Positions 7,556 to 16,452 of a DNA stretch of 64,000 nucleotides are shown piece after piece. Below the pieces are notes generated by a model. That model did no database searches and was not told the DNA's origin. It saw nothing but the letters and a program-made list of their open reading frames with translations. A program made the translations under genes and the position numbers. Numbering within the stretch: position 1 is the stretch's first letter; every line of letters starts with the position of its first letter. The DNA comes from an uncultured Isosphaeraceae bacterium (GTDB taxonomy: Bacteria > Planctomycetota > Phycisphaerae > Phycisphaerales > SM1A02): the NCBI GenBank assembly GCA_964481025.1, contig CAYZSH010000001.1:2714-66713 (forward strand). The letters are read 5' to 3'.

Positions 7556-8926
7556 ATGGCTCGAAGTTCAGGTGCCGGTACCGGCGTGGTCGTGGCTCTG
7601 GTTGTCAGCGTGGTCTGCAACCTCGGCCTTCTGACGATCACGTTCATGATGTACTCCGGCAAGGCGGAGGCCCTCGAGAACGAGGCCAAGACACTCGCCG
7701 ACATGAACGCATTCGTCACCACCGGCGAGCGCAATGATGCGTTCCAGCGGGACCTCGATGCGGCCAAGGCCGAGCGCAAGTCGCTCTACTCGCTGCTTCA
7801 GGCGCGTCGTCAGGGCATCGCCTCCTTCGTGGCGGGCAACCCCAACGCGACCCTCCCGGAGATGCAGTCCGGTCTGGGACTCGGCTCCAGCGACGTGGTC
7901 CGCAACGTCATCTCCGACCTTCGCCGTCAGGCCACCGCGGTCTCCAACGAGGTCGCAAGCCTCGAGCGCGAACTCGCCAACGCCCGTTCGGAGAACGAGA
8001 ACCTGCGTGACCGCGTGGCCCAGGCCGAGGATCTCGGTGACGAGCGCGTCGCCAAGGTCACCGAAGAGTTCGACGGCTACAAGACCGCGGCCGTCCGCTA
8101 CGAGCAGGAGGTCGAGGATGCGGTCTCCGCGATCGAGGAGAGCCGTGCTCGTCTCGACCGCGACTACCGCAACCGCATCGCCGAGCTCCAGGCGCGTCTC
8201 GATCAGGCGAACGAGGACAACAGCGTCTTCCGATCGCAGATCGAGGAGCTCCGTCGCAAGACCGAGAGCTACCGCGTGAAGCCGCAGAACCCCGCCGAAC
8301 TCGTCGACGGTCGTGTCATCAGCGTGCCCGGCGCCGGCGGCCAGATCTTCGTCGATCTCGGACGCAACGACCGCGTCGTGCCCGGCATGACCTTCGAGGT
8401 CTACGAGGACGCCGCGGCGATCCGCCCCGATCCCCGCACCGGCGAGTACGTCCGGGGCAAGGCGAGCGTCGAGATCATCCGCGTCGGCACCGACACCTCG
8501 TCGGCCCGCCTGACCCGCGAGATCCCGGGGCGTCCGGTCGTCAAGGACGACGTGATCGCCAACGCGGTCTTCAATCCCGACTACCGGTTCAAGTTCCTCG
8601 TCCACGGCCTCTTCGACGTGAACAACGACGGCACCCCGTCGGTGGCGGATGCCGACTACGTCCGCCGTCGCGTCATCGAATGGGGCGGCGAGCTGGTCGA
8701 AGGTGACGAACTCACCGGCGACCTCGACTTCCTCGTCCTCGGTGAGCAGCCCCCGATGCCGGCCCCGCTGCCCCCGGATGCCGGTGACGCCGAGTTCCGT
8801 GCGTTCCTGCAGCAGCGTGAGGCCCGCGAGGTCTACGACCGGCTCTTCGAGCAGGCGTCCCGAGCCCAGATTCCGGTGCTCAACTGGAACCGCTTCGAGA
8901 CCCTCACCGGCATGACCGCCCGCTGA
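7556..8926 (+). CDS. Membrane-anchored coiled-coil protein of unknown function, C-terminal globular domains
   Basis: In frame with track ORF 6953..8926, but the upstream part overlaps gspE. Start taken at ATG 7556 (MARSSGAGTGVVVALVVSVVCNLGLLTITFMMY, a TM helix). About 200 aa of heptad-like E/R/A/L-rich sequence follow, then a beta-rich segment and a BRCT-like tail (FLVHGLF...GDLDFLVLGEQ). Confidence 0.7.
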   Translation: MARSSGAGTGVVVALVVSVVCNLGLLTITFMMYSGKAEALENEAKTLADMNAFVTTGERNDAFQRDLDAAKAERKSLYSLLQARRQGIASFVAGNPNATLPEMQSGLGLGSSDVVRNVISDLRRQATAVSNEVASLERELANARSENENLRDRVAQAEDLGDERVAKVTEEFDGYKTAAVRYEQEVEDAVSAIEESRARLDRDYRNRIAELQARLDQANEDNSVFRSQIEELRRKTESYRVKPQNPAELVDGRVISVPGAGGQIFVDLGRNDRVVPGMTFEVYEDAAAIRPDPRTGEYVRGKASVEIIRVGTDTSSARLTREIPGRPVVKDDVIANAVFNPDYRFKFLVHGLFDVNNDGTPSVADADYVRRRVIEWGGELVEGDELTGDLDFLVLGEQPPMPAPLPPDAGDAEFRAFLQQREAREVYDRLFEQASRAQIPVLNWNRFETLTGMTAR

Positions 8927-9030
8927 TTCCTCGATTCTTCCCGTGGCTCCGCCACGAACCCGCGGCCCGGATCGATACCATCGATCCGGGCCGCGTTCGT
9001 GACGGGGCTCCTCCGCCCCCGAACCGCGCC

Positions 9031-10104
9031 GTGACCACCGCCGACCTCGAGCTCGACACCCGCCCCCCCGCCCGCCGGATCCGGCATCTGGCGGAGTTCC
9101 TGTCGATGAGGGCACTCGCGGCCGCGATGCAGTGCGTGGACGCCGAGATCAATCTCAAGACCGCGTCGTTGATCGGCTCGGTCTTCGCCGCCACCGGACG
9201 CCGGCGTGTCGAGCGCGCGAAGTCGCACCTGCGCGATGCGATGCCGCATCTGGGGGACGCGGAGGTCGAGCGGATCGCGCTCGACTCGATCCGCTGGATG
9301 TTCCGGCTGTTCCTCGTCGATGCGCTCGCGATGCCTCGCCTCGTGAATCCGTCGAACTGGCACGAGCATGTCGAGCTGGACGAGTTCGAGGACGGGGCCA
9401 GACTGCTGCTCTCGGACCGGCCGGTGATCCTGGTGACCGGCCACAACGGCAACTGGGAACTTCTCGGGTTCACGCTCGCGGCGATGGGCTTCCCGCTCAC
9501 CGCCCTGGCCCGCCCCGTCGACAACCCGCTGATCTACCGCTGGGTCCTCGGGCTGCGGGAGGCCCGGGGCATGAAGGTGCTGACGAAATGGGGTGCGACG
9601 GACCGGATCGTCTCACTCATCGAGAGCGACGATCCAGCCGACCGCCGCGTCGCGTTCATCGCCGACCAGAACGCCGGGGATGGCGGCCTCTTCGTGCCGT
9701 GGTTCGGCCGGATGGCGTCGAGCTACAAGTCCATCGGCCTGCTGGCCATGCGGTACGACCTTCCCATCGTGGTGGGCACGGCGCGTCGGCTCGGCGATCG
9801 ATTCCGATACCGCATCGAGCTCGTCGATCACTTTGGCCCCGAGGACTGGGCGGACTCGCCGGACCCCCTGTTCTACATCACCGCCCGCTACAACCGCGGA
9901 CTCGAGTCGGTCGTGCGACGGACGCCCGAGCAGTACCTCTGGATCCATCGCCGCTGGAAGAGTCGCCCGAAGTGGGAACGCGCCGGACGGACCATGCCGG
10001 CGGCCGTCCGGCGGAATCTCGAAGCGCTTCCGTGGATGGACCCCGAGACGCTCGGACGGATCGTCGCCGCGGATGAGGCGGGCGCGAAGGAGGCAAAGCC
10101 ATGA
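9031..10104 (+). CDS. LpxL/HtrB-family lipid A biosynthesis (Kdo2-lipid IVA) late acyltransferase
   Basis: 357 aa. It has the HX4E catalytic motif in VTGHNGNWELLG, then ..FIADQNAG..FVPWFG, and a C-terminal EQYLWIHRRWK typical of the family. GTG start as in the track; the exact start is uncertain. Confidence 0.82.
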   Translation: MTTADLELDTRPPARRIRHLAEFLSMRALAAAMQCVDAEINLKTASLIGSVFAATGRRRVERAKSHLRDAMPHLGDAEVERIALDSIRWMFRLFLVDALAMPRLVNPSNWHEHVELDEFEDGARLLLSDRPVILVTGHNGNWELLGFTLAAMGFPLTALARPVDNPLIYRWVLGLREARGMKVLTKWGATDRIVSLIESDDPADRRVAFIADQNAGDGGLFVPWFGRMASSYKSIGLLAMRYDLPIVVGTARRLGDRFRYRIELVDHFGPEDWADSPDPLFYITARYNRGLESVVRRTPEQYLWIHRRWKSRPKWERAGRTMPAAVRRNLEALPWMDPETLGRIVAADEAGAKEAKP

Positions 10105-10487
10105 CCGGGCCGGGACGATTCTCGGGGCGTCGCATCCTCGTGGTGGACGACGATCCGGACATCCTCGCCTCGACCGTGCTGTCCCTCCGTGCCGAAGGTG
10201 CGGAGGTCGTGACCGCGGAGGACGGGAACACCGCGGTCTCCCTCTTCGCCGCCTCGCCGCCCGACGGCGTGGTGCTGGACATGATGCTCCCGCGACGCTC
10301 GGGCTTCCTCGTGCTGGAGAAGATCAGGGAGTCGCCGTCACCTCCGCCGGTCGTGATGGTCACGGCGAATCAAGGGCGGCGTCACATGACCTACGCCGAG
10401 AACCTTGGCGTGACGGCGTATCTGGTCAAGCCGGTGCCGATGCCGAGGCTTCTCGACGTCCTCGCCGAATCCATGGGACTCGGCTGA
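10101..10487 (+). CDS. Stand-alone response-regulator receiver domain (CheY-like)
   Basis: 128 aa with ILVVDDDPDI, the phospho-acceptor context VVLDMMLP, VVMVTA, and YLVKP. The start ATG overlaps the stop of the acyltransferase (ATGA). Confidence 0.9.
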   Translation: MTGPGRFSGRRILVVDDDPDILASTVLSLRAEGAEVVTAEDGNTAVSLFAASPPDGVVLDMMLPRRSGFLVLEKIRESPSPPPVVMVTANQGRRHMTYAENLGVTAYLVKPVPMPRLLDVLAESMGLG

Positions 10488-10533
10488 TCGGCCCCACCCC
10501 GCCCCCGTCACCTCCGCTATCCTCCGTTCCCTC

Positions 10534-10863
10534 ATGGCCACGTTTCAGGTCCGACATTCTCCCGACGCCGACGGCAATGCCGTTCCGATCGCATCCCGCG
10601 TGGAACTGCTCGAGATGCTGGCGCCGTTGAACATCTCGCCCGAGACAGCCGACGATGCCGAGCGCGTGCTCTACGGCCCCGGCATCCGAATCGAACTCGG
10701 CGAGGATGACCCGGTGATGCAGTTCCTGCTGACGGAGGTCGACACCGACATCTCGCTGCGGGTGCTGCTCAAGATCGCGAAACGATTCGACTGGATCCTG
10801 ACCGACCTCGAGACGTTCACCGAGCGGCACCTCTACCGACCTCCGGACGAGGACGACGAGTGA
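10534..10863 (+). CDS. Hypothetical acidic protein (109 aa)
   Basis: The ORF has a protein-like composition and is co-directional with the receiver gene, 46 bp downstream of it. I recognised no motif. Confidence 0.55.
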   Translation: MATFQVRHSPDADGNAVPIASRVELLEMLAPLNISPETADDAERVLYGPGIRIELGEDDPVMQFLLTEVDTDISLRVLLKIAKRFDWILTDLETFTERHLYRPPDEDDE

Positions 10864-11243
10864 CCGCCGACGAGCACCCGACGACGGCGGAGGATGCCGA
10901 CGGCGTCCGTACGGTCGATCACCGTGATCCCGAACTCCTGCGGCATGCGATCGCCGACGCCTTCGACTATCGAGGCGACGTCACGATCGTGCTCGACGAC
11001 GGGACCGTGGTCGACGGCTTCGTCTTCGATCACCGCAACGAGATCACGTTCGAGTCGTCCTCGTTCCGAATCCTCACCCCGCAGGGACGACGACTGACCG
11101 TCGAGTTCCCGCGACTCCGGGAGATCCGGTTCACCGGTCGCGATGCCGCCGCAGGCCGGACCTGGGAGAACTGGGTTCGTCGGTACGCGGAAAAGAAGCT
11201 CGCCGGTGAGACGGCGAGCATCGACAGCGAACCACTTGATTGA
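10860..11243 (+). CDS. Hypothetical protein (127 aa)
   Basis: The GTG start overlaps the stop of the previous ORF (GTGA), which suggests translational coupling. It has a beta-rich central region (DVTIVLDDGTVVDGFVFDH...FRILTPQGRRLTVEF). I recognised no family. Confidence 0.55.
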   Translation: MTADEHPTTAEDADGVRTVDHRDPELLRHAIADAFDYRGDVTIVLDDGTVVDGFVFDHRNEITFESSSFRILTPQGRRLTVEFPRLREIRFTGRDAAAGRTWENWVRRYAEKKLAGETASIDSEPLD

Positions 11244-11261
11244 ACCGCGACGGGCGCGACC

Positions 11262-11735
11262 TCAGGGACGGCGGAGCAGAGCCGCGGCCCGGGGGTCCAC
11301 CTCGATGTCGACGCCACCCCGCGTCGAGTCGATCGCGGCGAGCCGCGCGTCGATCACGGAAAGCATGGCCTCGATCTCGGACGACGCACGATCGAATGCA
11401 TCGACGCCGGTGATCAGGCCGATCGCATCCTTCCGTCCGGCCCGCCCCATCCGCTCACGAATGACGGCAGCGTCGGCACCGTGAAGCGCCATGGCGCGCA
11501 CGAGTCCGGCGCGGAGTTCGAGAAGCTCGCGCTCCTCCTTCGTCACCGGTCCTGCGTTGGTGCCCGCCAGTCGGAGTCGAGGCGACTCGGCGCCGATCGA
11601 ATCCGTGGACGTCGCGGGCGTGGATGGGGTCCGCTCGGACATGAACCCGGCATTCTCTCCGACCCGAGCGGCGGCGGCAAGCCCGCTCCCGTTGGATCCC
11701 GACCCGCTGTGATGTCGCGCTGGAACTGATGGCAT
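11262..11735 (-). CDS. Hypothetical protein (157 aa; alternative start ATG at 11642)
   Basis: ORF downstream of and co-directional with the CapD-like gene. The C-terminal half is helical and protein-like (KEERELLELRAGLVRAMALHGADAAVIRERMGRAGRKDAIGLITGVDAFDRASSEIEAMLSVIDARLAAIDS). The N-terminal 30 aa are doubtful. Confidence 0.45.
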   Translation of the reverse strand: MPSVPARHHSGSGSNGSGLAAAARVGENAGFMSERTPSTPATSTDSIGAESPRLRLAGTNAGPVTKEERELLELRAGLVRAMALHGADAAVIRERMGRAGRKDAIGLITGVDAFDRASSEIEAMLSVIDARLAAIDSTRGGVDIEVDPRAAALLRRP

Positions 11736-11803
11736 GCCTGCGCATCGACTGAACGCCGTACGAATCTCCAGATTCGAGAAAATATCGGGCCTTCGTGTTC
11801 GGA

Positions 11804-13399
11804 TCAGCCCGCGGTGCGGATTGCCGGAGATGTCTCGGAGGACCGCCCCGCCCGCCCGAGGATCTCGACTTCGCCCGCTGCAGGCTCGGGCTCGACCGCA
11901 CGGACGGCGGCCCGAACGGCCTGGGCCGCGTGCTCGGCATCGGTTCCCGGCGGCGTGTCCGCCAGGGCCACCAGACGCCTCACCGTCGGTGCGGACGGGA
12001 CCGGACCATCCCAGGTCTGGATCGCCGGATGGCTCGTCCGGCCGAGCTCGCGACCGGGCTGCGCGAGGATCTCGTGGATCTTCTCACCCGGCCGAGGCGA
12101 GGTGAACACCATCTCGATCTCGCCGGCCCCGAGCCGCGTTCCCGAATGACGCACGACGGCCGCGAGGCCGTTCGCCGCGGCGAAGCGGGTCGCAAGATCG
12201 ACGATGCGTACCGGCTCGCCCATGTCGAGCACGTGCACCCGTCCCTCCGGCTCGGAGCGGTCGGCGAACGTGGCGGCCTGCAGAACCAGTCCCGCGGCCT
12301 CGGGGATCGTCATCAGATACCGCGTCATGCGGGGATCGGTGACGGTCAGAGGTCCGCCGTCACGGATCTCCCGACTCCAGATGTCGAGCACGCTGCCGCT
12401 CGAGCCGAGCACGTTTCCGAACCGAACCACGGCACACCCGAGCCCGGCGTCGGCCGCCTCCCGCTGCACCGCGATCTCGGCAAGTCGCTTGGTCGCGCCC
12501 ATCACCGAGCGTGGTGCCACCGCCTTGTCGGTCGAGATGAGCACGAAGCGGGACGCGCCGGTCGCGATCGCGGATCGCACCGCATTGATCGATCCGATCA
12601 GGTTGTTGCGGACGGCCTCTCGCGGGTGATCCTCCGAAAGCGGCACGTGCTTGTGGGCCGCCGCATGCAGCACGATGTGAGGACGAACGGACTCGAAGAC
12701 CCGCAGCGTTCCCGCCGCGTCGGCAACGTCCTGAAGCGACGCCCGACGGGTCAGCCCCGGATGACGTCGCGCGATCTGCCGGTCGATCTCGAAGAGCGCG
12801 TGCTCGCTGCGGTCCATGAGCACCAGTTCCGCCGGTTCGTAGTCGGCGATCCGGCGACTCAGCTCGCTGCCGATCGATCCCCCCGCTCCGGTCACGAGAA
12901 TCCGCCGTCCACGGAAGAGGTTCCGAATGCGCTCATGATCGAGCGGACGCGGGCCGCGATCGAGCAACGCGGCGTGGTCGATGTCGGGCAGCGATCTCGG
13001 CCCGACGCCTCCGAGCAGGTCATCGACGGTCGGGAAGAACCGCTCCGGCACGCCCTCGCGTCTGAACGCCGTCCGGATGCCGGAGAGCAGGTCGGCGGCG
13101 GAGGCGGGGAGACTCACGATCGCCAGATCGGGGCGATCCCGACGGACCGCGGCCGCGATGGCCTCGTCAAGACGACGCCCCCGGCATGGCGGCTCGCCCT
13201 CGTCGAGCGGGATCCGCCCCACCACGGTCGTTCGGCGAGCCGCGTCGAGGAGGCGACGCTCCACCGCCGCGATCGCGGTCGATGTGCCGACGAGGATCAC
13301 GCGATCGGCCGCCGTGGCCGGCTCGCTCGGAGTCGTGAGGTCGTCCATGCCATGCACCCCCGGGGACTGTCCCGTCGCCACCCGTCGAGGCCGCGACAC
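11804..13399 (-). CDS. CapD/PglF/WbpM-like polysaccharide biosynthesis nucleotide-sugar 4,6-dehydratase/epimerase (soluble form)
   Basis: 531 aa with Rossmann ILVTGAGGSIGSEL, HAAAHKHVP, STDKAVAPRSVMGATKRLAE, and VRFGNVLGSSGSV. The start could instead be ATG 13348 (MDDLTTPS). Confidence 0.85.
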   Translation of the reverse strand: MSRPRRVATGQSPGVHGMDDLTTPSEPATAADRVILVGTSTAIAAVERRLLDAARRTTVVGRIPLDEGEPPCRGRRLDEAIAAAVRRDRPDLAIVSLPASAADLLSGIRTAFRREGVPERFFPTVDDLLGGVGPRSLPDIDHAALLDRGPRPLDHERIRNLFRGRRILVTGAGGSIGSELSRRIADYEPAELVLMDRSEHALFEIDRQIARRHPGLTRRASLQDVADAAGTLRVFESVRPHIVLHAAAHKHVPLSEDHPREAVRNNLIGSINAVRSAIATGASRFVLISTDKAVAPRSVMGATKRLAEIAVQREAADAGLGCAVVRFGNVLGSSGSVLDIWSREIRDGGPLTVTDPRMTRYLMTIPEAAGLVLQAATFADRSEPEGRVHVLDMGEPVRIVDLATRFAAANGLAAVVRHSGTRLGAGEIEMVFTSPRPGEKIHEILAQPGRELGRTSHPAIQTWDGPVPSAPTVRRLVALADTPPGTDAEHAAQAVRAAVRAVEPEPAAGEVEILGRAGRSSETSPAIRTAG

Positions 13400-13503
13400 A
13401 CCATCGACATCGTTCGGGACGACCCGCGACTTGGGCGGATCATTCCAATCCGGTGGAATCCATCGTCTGGAGGAGCTGGCGGGTCATGGCCGCGTCCGGG
13501 AAC

Positions 13504-14532
13504 TCAGCCGGGCGAGGTCGCCTCGCGGGTCTCGCCATCGCCGCCACCGAGCCGCCCGACCAGCAGCGAAATGGCGATGCCGACCCCGACCAGCGTGATC
13601 GCACCGACCGCGAGGCCCCCCGACGGCGTGAAGCTCCTCGTCGGCCGATGCTTGAGCGGCACCGCCTCCGCCTGCTCGACGGACTCGATCCGCTCGCCGC
13701 GGACGATCGAACCGACCTCGGGCAGCATCGGCTCGCGGAACGGCCACAGCCCCGCCACCGCACCGAGCAACAGTCCAAGCAATGCCCCGAGCGTGGCGTC
13801 CCGGTGCCGTTGAAGCAGCCACCGAACGAGATTGCTCACCAGCACCACTCCGAGCAGCACGCCGATGCCGATCGCAAGAAGCGACGGCGCGGCGGCCAGC
13901 ATCGCGTCGAACGACCTCGCCTTGACGGCGTCCGCCATGGCGCTCACCGCATCCAGCACGGCGACGTACTGCCCGAGGACCAGCAGCAGGTACCCGCCGC
14001 TCACCCCGGGAAGCACCATCGCCGCCGCACCTGCGAAACCGGCGACCAGCAACCCGACGAGCCCCCCCGAGTCCGCCGCCTCGGCCACGGAATCAGGCCG
14101 TGCCTCCTGCACGATCGCCAACGCGACCATGCCGACGAACGCCAGGATCGTCGCGATCAGGGCGGATCGCGAAAGCGGCCGGAGCATCCGCACGAGGGTC
14201 GGCGCCCCGCCGAGCGTGAGCCCGATGAACACGCTGTAGGCGATCCAGCGGTGCAGCAGCACCGCGTCTCGGACGGTGCCCGCCAGCAGGGCGATCGCGA
14301 TCATCGCCGGGCCCGCCACCGCGGCCAGCACCAGCCACGGTCGCCAGCGGCGGGCCAACCGAGTCACGCCCGCCACCGCCTCGACGAAATCGGGATAGAC
14401 GCCCGCCGCCAGCAGCATCGTGCCGCCGGAGATGCCCGGGACGAGGTTCGCAAGACCCATCAGCACCCCGCCGACCGCGGATCGGAGCAGCAGGAGCGGC
14501 GTGACGGGATGTTCTTCGGTGGAGGGTGGCAT
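13504..14532 (-). CDS. DUF368 family polytopic membrane protein (PopT-like undecaprenyl-phosphate translocase family)
   Basis: This is the C-terminal 342 aa of track ORF 13504..15027, starting at ATG 14532 (MPPSTEEH). Two repeats of the signature are present (VPGISGGTMLLAAGVY and LPGVSGGYLLLVLGQY). The upstream part of the track ORF is Arg-rich junk that overlaps galE. Confidence 0.85.
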   Translation of the reverse strand: MPPSTEEHPVTPLLLLRSAVGGVLMGLANLVPGISGGTMLLAAGVYPDFVEAVAGVTRLARRWRPWLVLAAVAGPAMIAIALLAGTVRDAVLLHRWIAYSVFIGLTLGGAPTLVRMLRPLSRSALIATILAFVGMVALAIVQEARPDSVAEAADSGGLVGLLVAGFAGAAAMVLPGVSGGYLLLVLGQYVAVLDAVSAMADAVKARSFDAMLAAAPSLLAIGIGVLLGVVLVSNLVRWLLQRHRDATLGALLGLLLGAVAGLWPFREPMLPEVGSIVRGERIESVEQAEAVPLKHRPTRSFTPSGGLAVGAITLVGVGIAISLLVGRLGGGDGETREATSPG

Positions 14533-14630
14533 GGATCGACCTCGTGCATGTCGGCGATTTCCGTCTCTGGCGTCACCGCGAATCCGACATCGGCTCGATC
14601 CCTCGGCCATCGCGATCCGACAATGGAAGC

Positions 14631-15689
14631 ATGACAACGCCGACCGATCACCATCGCGTTCTCGTGACCGGCGCCGCCGGCTACATCGGTTCCCATGCCG
14701 CCCTTCGACTGGTCGAGGCCGGGCACCACGTGGTGGCCTGGGACGATCTCTCCCGAGGCCATCGCGGCGCCATCGACGCCGTCGCCCGGGTCGCCGAGAG
14801 CCTGCCCGGCTCGTTCGAGTTCGCCGAGGGCTCGATCTCGGATCGGGTGGCGCTGGCGGCGACGCTTCGCGACCGCGCGATCGACGTCGTGATGCACTTC
14901 GCGGCGTTCGCCTACGTCGGCGAGTCGGTCGACGAGCCCCTTCGGTACTACGACAACAACACCGGCGGGGCCTGCCGCCTGCTTCAGGCGATGGACGACG
15001 CGGGCGTTCCGACGATCGTGTTCTCAAGCACCTGCGCGACCTATGGCGAACCGCCGGCGGACCGCATCCCGATCGCCGAAACCTGCCCGCAGTCGCCGAT
15101 CAACCCGTACGGCCGGTCGAAGCTCATGGTCGAGCACATGCTCGCGGATCACGCCGAAGCATGCCGTCGTCAGGGCCGGCCCTTCGCCTATGCCGCGCTG
15201 CGGTACTTCAACGTCGCCGGCAGCGATCCCGCCGGCCGCGTCGGCGAGGATCATCGGCCCGAGACTCACCTCATTCCGATCTGTCTCGAGGTCGCGGCCG
15301 GCCGTCGCGAGGCGCTCACGATCTTCGGCGAGGACTACGACACGCCCGACGGCACCTGCATCCGCGACTACGTTCATGTCGTGGACCTCGTCGATGCGCA
15401 TCTGGCGGTGATGTCGGTGCTCGCGCCGGGCGACGAGCGCCGGTACAACGTCGGCATCGGTCACGGATGGTCGGTGCAGGACGTGCTCGAGGCGTGCCGT
15501 CGCATCACGGGGCATCCGATCCCGGCCCGCATCGGCCCGCGTCGCGCCGGTGATCCGCCACGCCTCTTCGCAGATGCCGGCCGCATCCGCGAGGAGCTCG
15601 GCTGGACGCCACGATTCACGGATCTCGACGAGACCGTCGCCACCGCCTGGCGGTGGATGCAGGCCAACCCGAGCGGCTACGGCGACTGA
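14631..15689 (+). CDS. galE: UDP-glucose 4-epimerase
   Basis: Start taken at ATG 14631 (MTTPTDHHRVLVTGAAGYIGSH). Further landmarks are FSSTCATYG, YGRSKLMVE (YxxxK), LRYFNVAG, and DGTCIRDYVHV. Confidence 0.9.
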   Translation: MTTPTDHHRVLVTGAAGYIGSHAALRLVEAGHHVVAWDDLSRGHRGAIDAVARVAESLPGSFEFAEGSISDRVALAATLRDRAIDVVMHFAAFAYVGESVDEPLRYYDNNTGGACRLLQAMDDAGVPTIVFSSTCATYGEPPADRIPIAETCPQSPINPYGRSKLMVEHMLADHAEACRRQGRPFAYAALRYFNVAGSDPAGRVGEDHRPETHLIPICLEVAAGRREALTIFGEDYDTPDGTCIRDYVHVVDLVDAHLAVMSVLAPGDERRYNVGIGHGWSVQDVLEACRRITGHPIPARIGPRRAGDPPRLFADAGRIREELGWTPRFTDLDETVATAWRWMQANPSGYGD

Positions 15690-15704
15690 GGATGACGCGG
15701 GCGG

Positions 15705-16304
15705 TCAGAACGACCGGCCGATCCCGACCGAGATCGCGACGGCGTCGAGTCCGGGATTGTTGTTGCCGGTTCGAGCGTTGGACATGTGGTACCAGCCGAG
15801 CGCGATCCGCAGTCGCCAGTCGTCGTCCATCGCCCAGGTCGCGCCCACCCCGGCCTGCGGGGTGAAGTTGAACCGCGTTCCGCCTTCTGGAATCCGCACC
15901 GTGGTCCACGCGGCGCCGACGCCGAGTTCGGCGAACACCGTCCAGCGTTCTCGATGCAGAAAGTGCCATCGCATGATCGGCGCCAGGCCGACCAGCAGTC
16001 CGCCGTCCTTCCCCTCGGTCGCCGCCCAGCCGAGATCCCCCTGAAGTCCGATGCTGAAATCGGTGGCCACGAACCAGTCGACGCCGCCACGGGCGAAGGC
16101 AAGGTGCGTGATGCCGAGTTCCGCCGCTGCGGTGCCACCGATCCACCAACCGACCGTGCCCTCGGTGCCGAAAGGACGAGCGTCCGTCGCCGGCGACGCG
16201 ACGACGGCGGCCTCGGTTTCCGCACGGGCCAGGACGAGGTCGAGCACGTCCGCCTCCGCGGACGAACCGAAGACGCAGCCCGCAAGCCCCAGGCTCTGAA
16301 TCAT
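15705..16304 (-). CDS. pagL: PagL-like lipid A 3-O-deacylase / acyloxyacyl hydrolase outer-membrane beta-barrel
   Basis: Start at ATG 16304 gives the signal peptide MIQSLGLAGCVFGSSAEA. Alternating beta-barrel sequence follows, ending in ..F. The conserved His/Ser motif is present in GWYHMSNA. Confidence 0.68.
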   Translation of the reverse strand: MIQSLGLAGCVFGSSAEADVLDLVLARAETEAAVVASPATDARPFGTEGTVGWWIGGTAAAELGITHLAFARGGVDWFVATDFSIGLQGDLGWAATEGKDGGLLVGLAPIMRWHFLHRERWTVFAELGVGAAWTTVRIPEGGTRFNFTPQAGVGATWAMDDDWRLRIALGWYHMSNARTGNNNPGLDAVAISVGIGRSF

Positions 16305-16452
16305 GATCTGCCGCACGCGACGCTCCCGAGCATGGTGAGCACGGTCACCAGACGACCAGCCGACCGACGGCCTGATCGTGCCGCAGACTACGGCCTCGCC
16401 TGGGGGCGGTGAGAGACCGGCCGACCGAAGCCTCGGTTTCTGAGCAGAAGTC

